This document shows positions 57,775 to 64,000 of a DNA stretch of 64,000 bases, in pieces. The position numbers were made by a program, and so were the translations under genes. Position 1 is the stretch's first letter; every line of letters begins with the position of its first letter. The stretch is taken from assembly GCA_041686855.1 (NCBI GenBank), contig JAWLDA010000005.1, positions 203,222-267,221 on the forward strand, in the 5' to 3' direction. Source of the stretch: Limnochordia bacterium. Its GTDB lineage: Bacteria; Bacillota; Limnochordia; DTU080; RSA5. The notes under the pieces were generated by a model. The model did no database searches and was not told the origin of the DNA. It worked only from the letters and a program-made list of their open reading frames with translations.

Positions 57775-58766
57775 TGGTCGCGGTCAACGGCGGCGTGGCA
57801 CATGCTTTGTAATGCGCGGCTCGCTTCGCTGGCGTCGAGGATGTTAAGGTACTGCAGAGCCTCCAACGCGAGCATGTGACCGGCCGCCCGTGCGGCATCC
57901 ATCGCGCCGGTGGCTCGGGCGCCCTCCTTAACCAGGGAAATCGTCTCAGCGTCGACCTGACGTGCGGCGATACGGGGTGCGATCCGTTGGCGCCAGTGGG
58001 GACGTTCGAGGAGACGAATGACCGGCAGGGTCACATTCCCCTGGACGAGGTCGGAACCGGTGGGTTTGCCGAGGAGCTCTTCGTCTCCTTCGAGATCGAG
58101 GACGTCATCCATGATTTGAAAGGCGAGCCCGAGGTTGAGTCCAAACTGACGCATGGCTTCACAGACACCTTCGTCGGCGCAAACCAGGCGGGCGCCCCCT
58201 TCGCAGCACGCCGCCAACAGCGACGCGGTCTTGCCCCGGACCCGAGTCGTATAGGTCGTTTCGGAGACGGTCGGATCAAATGCGTACTCTCGCTGTAACA
58301 ACTCTCCCCGGCACATATCAGCGATGGCGTCGGTCATCAACGTAACGACGCCGGTGTGAGCGTGCGCGCCCAAGAGTCCAAACGCAGAGGCAAAGAGGTA
58401 GTCACCGGCCAGCACCGCCGTGTGATTGGACCACATGCTGTTGACAGAGCGGCGGTTGCGTCGCACGTCTGCGTGGTCGATGATGTCGTCGTGAATCAAT
58501 GAGGCGACGTGAATCAACTCCGCGGCCGCCGCCACATCTTGTACCGCCTCCCAGTCGGCTCGCTCGTCCGGCGGCGCTCCGCACAGGCTGGCTTCGGCGC
58601 TCAGCAGCACGAGCCTGGGCCGGAATCCCTTTCCTCCTGCCTGAATGAGGTGGCCCGCCGCGGCGCGCAACTCGCCGGAGGCCCTGTTCAACACCTCGTC
58701 GATCCGACTGTGAACGTGCTTGAGTGAAGGAAGGATGTCACTCTTTGTACGCACAACATGCACCAA
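57771..58766 (-). CDS. Polyprenyl diphosphate synthase (trans-IPPS, hepta/octaprenyl-type)
   Basis: Two Asp-rich motifs, LIHDDIIDH and FQIMDDVLD. It converges on and overlaps the HK stop by 4 nt. Confidence 0.8.
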   Translation of the reverse strand: MVHVVRTKSDILPSLKHVHSRIDEVLNRASGELRAAAGHLIQAGGKGFRPRLVLLSAEASLCGAPPDERADWEAVQDVAAAAELIHVASLIHDDIIDHADVRRNRRSVNSMWSNHTAVLAGDYLFASAFGLLGAHAHTGVVTLMTDAIADMCRGELLQREYAFDPTVSETTYTTRVRGKTASLLAACCEGGARLVCADEGVCEAMRQFGLNLGLAFQIMDDVLDLEGDEELLGKPTGSDLVQGNVTLPVIRLLERPHWRQRIAPRIAARQVDAETISLVKEGARATGAMDAARAAGHMLALEALQYLNILDASEASRALQSMCHAAVDRDH

Positions 58767-58840
58767 TCAGGTCACCTCGGCCTTGTAAGGTTCCCTTAGT
58801 ATGCATGTTGTGGGGACGGTGCATGCGCGTGGGTTTGCGG

Positions 58841-59071
58841 TTAACGACGCAGGATGACGCTGGAGCCTTCCATGCGAATCATTCCCTTGCTCTTGAGCCG
58901 GTTAAGGACTCGCGTTGCGTCCGCACGGGTCATGCCCAGGAGTGAGCCGATGTCTTGCTTAGAAAGGTCGAGTTGGACGAGGGTGCCTGCCGGCGTGCTC
59001 ACGCCGCGCTCGGACGACTCTTTCTCGAGGTATTGAAGGACTCGAGCCTCTTGTGCCTCTAAGGAGTTCAC
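58841..59071 (-). CDS. Short Crp/Fnr-type HTH-only protein (possible gene remnant)
   Basis: The 76 aa match only the C-terminal DNA-binding domain of Crp-family regulators (LSKQDIGSLLGMTRADATRVLNRLKSKGMI). No cNMP-binding domain is found upstream in any frame. Confidence 0.4.
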   Translation of the reverse strand: MNSLEAQEARVLQYLEKESSERGVSTPAGTLVQLDLSKQDIGSLLGMTRADATRVLNRLKSKGMIRMEGSSVILRR

Positions 59072-59200
59072 GTCTTTCTCTCTCCTCTTTCTTTAAGAAG
59101 ATCTGGATAGCTCTTTGTTGTTTGCCATCGTGTCACGTGACTCCTTGCAGCGTAATAGGATTCAGGGCAGAGAATGTGTGTGCGAGGAGTCCAGAGCACG

Positions 59201-60226
59201 ATGGCAGTCGGCAGCGACAACCCTTTGCTGGAGATTAAAGGCTTAAACGTTCAAATCGGGACAGGGCCGCGTCGGGTGCAGGCGGTAAACGGTGTCGACT
59301 TGACCCTGCAGCGCGAGCGTACCCTTGGCGTTGTGGGTGAGAGCGGTTGCGGCAAGAGTGTGATGTCGCTCTCTATTATGCGGCTCCTACCCCGACAGAG
59401 TGCCCGCGTGCGCGGCCAAATCCACTTTTCTTCCGCGGCCGGCGGCCGGATCGATCTCAACAAACTCCCGCCCAACGGCGCGATGATGCGGCGGATCCGC
59501 GGCGCTGAGATCGCTATGGTGTTTCAAGAGCCGATGACTTCGTTGAATCCGGTGTATACTGTGGGCGCCCAGATCGCAGAGGCGATTCGACTCCACGACC
59601 CGCCCAGCCGGCGACAAGCCCGAGCCCGTGCCGTCGAGATGTTGGATTGGGTCGGCATTCCCGCAGCGGCCGAACGGGCCAGAGCGTACCCACACCAACT
59701 GAGCGGAGGCATGCGACAGCGCGTGATGATCGCCATGGCCCTCGCCTGCCGCCCGCGCCTGTTGATCTGTGACGAGCCGACGACGGCGCTCGACGTGACC
59801 GTACAGGCGCAAATTCTCGAACTCTTACAACGCCTGCAACACGAGTTTCACACGGCGATCATCCTGATCACGCACGATTTGGGTGTCGTAGCGGAGAGTG
59901 CGGATGACGTCGCCGTCATGTATTTGGGTCAAGTGGTCGAGTCGGGGCCGGTGCGCACTGTCTTTGCCAAGCGGAGTCACCCATACACACAAGGGTTGTT
60001 CCGCTCATTGCCGCGGCTCGAGTCGGCGTCCAACGGACGGTTGCATCCGATTCCGGGCATGGTGGGCGACCCCCGCCGCCTCGGGCCAGGCTGTCGCTTT
60101 AAAGACCGGTGTCCGGTGCGCATGCCTCTTTGCGACCGCGAGCCACCCCTTGTACAAAAGCGCGGCGGCCACCAAGTGCGCTGCTGGCTGGCCGCGCCCG
60201 AAGGAGCGTCGGTTACTGCCCGTTGA
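59201..60226 (+). CDS. ABC transporter ATP-binding protein, oligopeptide/dipeptide OppD/DppD-type, no adjacent permease
   Basis: Walker [17 protein letters not shown] and Walker [13 protein letters not shown], plus the Opp-type C-terminal domain. ATG at 59201 has GAGGAG 11 nt upstream. Confidence 0.8.
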   Translation: MAVGSDNPLLEIKGLNVQIGTGPRRVQAVNGVDLTLQRERTLGVVGESGCGKSVMSLSIMRLLPRQSARVRGQIHFSSAAGGRIDLNKLPPNGAMMRRIRGAEIAMVFQEPMTSLNPVYTVGAQIAEAIRLHDPPSRRQARARAVEMLDWVGIPAAAERARAYPHQLSGGMRQRVMIAMALACRPRLLICDEPTTALDVTVQAQILELLQRLQHEFHTAIILITHDLGVVAESADDVAVMYLGQVVESGPVRTVFAKRSHPYTQGLFRSLPRLESASNGRLHPIPGMVGDPRRLGPGCRFKDRCPVRMPLCDREPPLVQKRGGHQVRCWLAAPEGASVTAR

Positions 60227-60788
60227 TACTCCCCTTCTCAGCGTACTCTTTAAAGATGCCTACAAGACGCTCCGTGGGTTGCGCGCCTGAGAGCAAGTAG
60301 CGGTTGGCGATCACGACGGCAGGGACGCCGCTAAGACCAATCTGACGCGCTCCCATCTCTTCGCCCAACACCTCGGCTTTAAGCTCCTCGTCTGCAAGCC
60401 CTTGCTCAAAGGCCTCTCGCTCAATCCCCAGCGAGGTTGCGAGCTCGGTAAGCGTCTCCACGTTGCTGATGTCCTTCTGCTCGGTCCAGTGCGCTTCAAA
60501 GACCCGCTTGTGGTACTCGTCCGCGCGCCCGGCGTCGCGAGCCACTTTCGCTCCGATGTGCGCGAGGCGTGTGTCGATTCCCCACAATCCCTGTTTGAGC
60601 GTGAGACCGTAGCTCTCGCGGGCGACGCGCTCGACTTGGGGCCAGTGCGCTTCGATTCGCTTCTTTTTCTCTTTAGTCCACTCTGCGTCAAACTGGGAAC
60701 GGGCTTCCTCAGGTCGAAGCTCAAACGCTCTCCATTCGACGGCGAGTTCGACTTTCTGGGCTGTCTCCTCCAAACTGGAGTAGATCAT
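60213..60788 (-). CDS. DsbA-family oxidoreductase (FrnE-like)
   Basis: DSBA-like thioredoxin-fold composition. The 3' end overlaps the convergent ABC ATPase gene by 14 nt. Confidence 0.55.
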   Translation of the reverse strand: MIYSSLEETAQKVELAVEWRAFELRPEEARSQFDAEWTKEKKKRIEAHWPQVERVARESYGLTLKQGLWGIDTRLAHIGAKVARDAGRADEYHKRVFEAHWTEQKDISNVETLTELATSLGIEREAFEQGLADEELKAEVLGEEMGARQIGLSGVPAVVIANRYLLSGAQPTERLVGIFKEYAEKGSINGQ

Positions 60789-60972
60789 GTAGCACCAGGG
60801 TCAAACGTAGTCCGAATAGGCCACGACGGGTACGGGTTCCATGGCGAAAGCCTCCCTTTGTCTTCCCGAGCTCCATTTGGCGGGACGTGTCCAACGTGAC
60901 ACGTTAAGTAAGCACGGCATTGGTACGTTCAGCCATTATCGTAACACGGTTGTGCCGTTGCGACACGCCGAC

Positions 60973-61845
60973 TTACTGAAATCCCCGCCAGGCGATATGC
61001 GCTACGACCGGCAAGTGGTCGGAGCCGCTCGTTTGCGGTACGTCGTGGTGGACTACATGTTGGGCCAGGTCGGGTGAGGTGAAGATGTAGTCGATACGCG
61101 AGTTGGGGTTGGGGTTAGGGAAGGTGAGGCCGGCGGGATCCGAGCTGAGTTCCTCGGTAGGAGTGAGGACCGACGCGATCAGTTGAATCTCCGGTGAGTC
61201 CGGGAGCGCGTTGAAGTCGCCGGCGAGAATGACCGGGGTCTGCACGTCCTGCACGATCCGCACCAGCTCCTTTGCCTGCTCAAGGCGCTCGTCGGCGTCG
61301 AGGCCGAGGTGGGTGACGATCACCGTGAGGGGTCGGTCCCAAAGCCTGATCTCGACGAGGAGCGCGGATCGCTGTTCAGCGCCTGCTGGGCGCGGGAGGG
61401 CTAAACGCTCGGCACGCTCGATCGGGTGACGACTAAGAATCGCATTGCCGTAACGGGATGGCGACAAGTTGACGGACGGCAACGCCAACGAGGGACCGAA
61501 GGCGTAGTGCTCAAAACCGGCCTCCTGTGCGATGAGGCGGGCTTGATCGGAGAACTGACTGCGAGGCCAGTTGATGTCTACTTCATTGAGAAAGGCAAGG
61601 TCCAGAGGTTGCACAAATCGTGCGATCCGAGGGATATCCAGAAGGTCGTCTTCGCCGACGCCGTGGTGAATGTTGTACGTGGCGATTTTGAGGACCGACG
61701 GCGGCGACGAAGCGCTGCGGGAGCTGGTCGAAGTGGCCAAAGCCACCACCGTCGGCGTAAGACTAAGACTCGCCGCGCGGGTGCAACCGAGAAGCGGTAA
61801 GAGCGCTACGCACAACACATAAAGGTTTGATCGCAAGAGTCGCAT
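60973..61845 (-). CDS. Endonuclease/exonuclease/phosphatase (EEP) family lipoprotein
   Basis: Signal peptide ending LLGC (lipobox), then EEP motifs: IATYNIHHG, LNEVD and a C-terminal SDH. ATG at 61845. The ORF extension to 62106 was rejected. Confidence 0.7.
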   Translation of the reverse strand: MRLLRSNLYVLCVALLPLLGCTRAASLSLTPTVVALATSTSSRSASSPPSVLKIATYNIHHGVGEDDLLDIPRIARFVQPLDLAFLNEVDINWPRSQFSDQARLIAQEAGFEHYAFGPSLALPSVNLSPSRYGNAILSRHPIERAERLALPRPAGAEQRSALLVEIRLWDRPLTVIVTHLGLDADERLEQAKELVRIVQDVQTPVILAGDFNALPDSPEIQLIASVLTPTEELSSDPAGLTFPNPNPNSRIDYIFTSPDLAQHVVHHDVPQTSGSDHLPVVAHIAWRGFQ

Positions 61846-62002
61846 GATCCGTACCCCAGTCATGAATCGACGATGCACAAAAGGTGGAGCAAACCCGAGA
61901 GAGTGCTCACTAGGAGTACATTTTGGACTTTCCACCAATAGGTCCTCCAGGGGATGATTGCCACTTGGACTGTAATTGCCACTTGGACGGTGCCGGGAGC
62001 GT

Positions 62003-62293
62003 CTACCGAATGGCGAAGCCTCGCTGCGGGGGGCGATGATCAAAAGGTGCAGGCGTCTCGTGGACGCTGTGGACCCGGGCGTGGCGCGGGCCCTTGGCAA
62101 GCGCACGGCGCAGAGCCGCTAAATCGTCGGGCGGCCCGATGGCGAAGACGCGTACGTCACCGTCGTCGAGGTTTTGCGCATACCCCGTCAGACCTAACGT
62201 GCGGGCGCGGCGTTGCACAAAGGCGCGAAATGAGACACCTTGAACCCGCCCCGAAACGATCCAGCACTTCTCGTGTCGCTCCTCAGACGCCAT
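62003..62293 (-). CDS. Acylphosphatase
   Basis: The VSGRVQGVSFRAF motif and a length of 96 aa fit AcyP. Confidence 0.8.
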   Translation of the reverse strand: MASEERHEKCWIVSGRVQGVSFRAFVQRRARTLGLTGYAQNLDDGDVRVFAIGPPDDLAALRRALAKGPRHARVHSVHETPAPFDHRPPQRGFAIR

Positions 62294-62602
62294 GATAACT
62301 CCACCTTTCCAACGAGACTAAATCACTGCTCACACTTTCGCTGCAGCCCGCCGGACGGCCTGGGTCGTGTCGACGCCGGTATCGCTCCTGCCGTTAGTGT
62401 AAGCCGGTTTGGCGCGGAGGGTGACTCGAGCGGTCGACCAAGCGTTCCTACGTTGTAGCGATACGAGCAACGGGTTTGGTCGTGAAAGCACGAGGGGAAT
62501 CCACCGATAAGAGTGAATTCTCCCATGAGAGTCTTGCAGCGCTTGGGCCGCGGGTGGTCCAAGGCCAAGCGTCGAGCGTATCAGAGTACGGGAGGGGTCG
62601 AC

Positions 62603-63505
62603 GTGCAGTGTGAAGCGGTCCGTGATGAACTGGCGCTTGCCGCGTTGGGTGAGACGCGCGCCCTTCCTGTGACTATCGTTGACCACTTGGCAACCTGCTC
62701 GGCGTGTCGGCAGGCTTACCGCGAGTTTCAAAGGAGTGTCGATCGGCTTGCAGATGCCCTCCCGCGGGTCGCACCACCGCCCGGTCTCAAGGGGAAGGTG
62801 ATGGCACGCATCGCCGCTGCCCAGGAAGAGGCAGACCCACACGAGGCGCAGGAGTTGGCCGGCGCGGCCTCGGACGCTTCTCGGTCCCGCAGATCGATTT
62901 CACTGGTGGAGAGAGTGGCGGGTATCGCTCGTCGTGCGGAGTTTTGGGGTGCGGCGGCGGCTCTGCTTGCCGTCGTCAATGGTGCGCTGATCTGGGGCCA
63001 GTTGCAGCTCAATCGAGAGTTCCGCCGTGTGCTGAGCGAGACAGAGGTCGTTCGCTCGGAGTTGGTGGAGACGTGGCGCGCATTCTCCGGCGCTCCGGCG
63101 CAATCTGTGGGGACGCTCGTCTTTGATGTGGTGGACCCCGGTGAAGGACGAGCCCCGGCTCTGGTGTCGGCGGAAGGATACTTGTATCAGCGGCCCAACG
63201 GCTGGTCGGTCCTTATTCAGGTCCGTGGCATCGAGCGCACCTCCGGGCATCAGTACGACGTATGGTTGCGTGGCGTTCGCGGTTGGGAACAGGTGGGCCC
63301 GCTGATGTTTGACACGGACGGTATCGGGACGTTCCTTTACTACGCCCGCGAGCCGGAGGTGGCGTTTGAGAGTCTGCGGGTGGTCACTTCCGGAGTCCTT
63401 CCTGGTACGCCTCAGTGGCGAAGTGAGTCGCTCATCGTCGGTCAGGCCGTCTTTGATCGTGATGGTACGAATGATGGGGCGCCACGCGTTGATGACGCGT
63501 GGTAG
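62603..63505 (+). CDS. Anti-sigma factor with a zinc-binding (ZAS) N-terminal domain, one TM helix and an extracytoplasmic domain
   Basis: HLATCSACRQ (HxxxCxxC), then a TM helix (FWGAAAALLAVVNGALIW). GTG at 62603 has GGAGGGG 5 nt upstream. The ORF opens at 62513. Confidence 0.55.
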   Translation: MQCEAVRDELALAALGETRALPVTIVDHLATCSACRQAYREFQRSVDRLADALPRVAPPPGLKGKVMARIAAAQEEADPHEAQELAGAASDASRSRRSISLVERVAGIARRAEFWGAAAALLAVVNGALIWGQLQLNREFRRVLSETEVVRSELVETWRAFSGAPAQSVGTLVFDVVDPGEGRAPALVSAEGYLYQRPNGWSVLIQVRGIERTSGHQYDVWLRGVRGWEQVGPLMFDTDGIGTFLYYAREPEVAFESLRVVTSGVLPGTPQWRSESLIVGQAVFDRDGTNDGAPRVDDAW

Positions 63506-63580
63506 AGCGTGCGCTGGATGTCCCCGAGTCGGGAGGAATGGGTTCGTTGTCGAGAAAATAAACTGAAATATCCGTCTTTG

Positions 63581-64000
63581 ATGGCAGCCTCTTCGTTGGC
63601 TGCCGCGGAAAGGATCGAGACCATGACGAGAAGCCGCACGCATCCTCCCGAACGGCGCTGCATCCTTGACCCTGTCACAGGCTCGCAATTGTGGCAAATG
63701 ACGAACGCCCCATGTATCAACCACGGGCTCTACTTTACCCACCCCGATTGGACGGCGAGTGAGCGAGATCTTATATTCATATCCGATCGCGAAGAGCAGT
63801 TTGACCTTTACGCCATGAGTGACGAAAGTGGGGAAATCCGACGGATCACGGATGTCGAGAATCTAAACTCTTTTTCCGCGACGCCGTCCAACAAGGAGGA
63901 CCGAATATACTTCACAGCTGGAAGTGCCGCATGGGTTGTGGACGTCCCAACGGGTGAAGTGGATCGTCTCGCCCACATTGACGGTGCATCCTTGACAGGT
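63581..64000 (+). CDS. 5' partial CDS: beta-propeller protein resembling oligogalacturonide lyase / TolB-like repeats
   Basis: The frame is open to the window end. The repeat-like pattern DLIFISDREEQFDLYAM...GEIRRIT...DRIYFTAGSAAWVVDVPTGE resembles that family. Confidence 0.4.
   Translation, partial: MAASSLAAAERIETMTRSRTHPPERRCILDPVTGSQLWQMTNAPCINHGLYFTHPDWTASERDLIFISDREEQFDLYAMSDESGEIRRITDVENLNSFSATPSNKEDRIYFTAGSAAWVVDVPTGEVDRLAHIDGASLTG

Noticed and set aside
62295-62602. ECF sigma factor gene upstream of the anti-sigma factor
   Set aside because: Only 220-300 bp of space and no ORF with sigma-70 region 2/4 features in any frame.
1-64000. rRNA or tRNA genes, integrases, transposases, toxin-antitoxin pairs, cas genes
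   Set aside because: No tRNA-like T-loop/acceptor patterns, no rRNA-like conserved stretches, and no recombinase or cas-like ORFs were recognised anywhere in the window.

Overview
This is a high-GC (roughly 60-65% by eye), gene-dense chromosomal segment with no rRNA, tRNA, CRISPR array, integrase or transposase. I annotated about 60 protein-coding genes. Several of them (two small coat-F-like proteins downstream of a CotJC-type manganese catalase, a SpoVB/MurJ-like flippase, a heme catalase) suggest a Gram-positive-type endospore-former; that is an inference, not an established fact. The main gene groups are:
(a) a sugar or amino-sugar metabolic cluster, 5.1-13.5 kb: cysteine-synthase-family PLP enzyme, Rossmann-fold epimerase-like, TIM-barrel-like hypothetical, ceramidase-like, DegT aminotransferase, ROK regulator, Gfo/Idh/MocA oxidoreductase;
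(b) an M16 peptidase pair;
(c) an oxidative-stress and coat group: heme catalase, OYE flavin reductase, Mn-catalase with two coat-F-like genes;
(d) a dihydroxy-acid-dehydratase-family gene, an ABC exporter, MFS and DMT transporters, and heme A synthase CtaA;
(e) polA translationally coupled to an SplB-like radical SAM gene;
(f) a System I cytochrome c maturation cluster, ccmEABCD plus three TlpA/CcmG-like thioredoxins, a CcmG-CcmH fusion and an unusually long CcmF fusion, followed directly by a ResDE-like two-component system.
The most unusual part is a repeat-rich, non-coding island at about 31.9-34.9 kb. It contains three tandem copies of a 223-285 bp unit with an internal conserved hairpin, 14/16/18-bp microsatellites, and an adjacent gene encoding two winged-HTH domains fused to a DUF559/Vsr-like endonuclease domain.
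Short tandem repeats and long GC-rich palindromes are scattered through many intergenic regions. I worked by eye without tools. CDS ends follow the supplied ORF track. Starts were re-evaluated from RBS context and may be off by a few codons. Non-CDS coordinates are approximate to within a few nucleotides.
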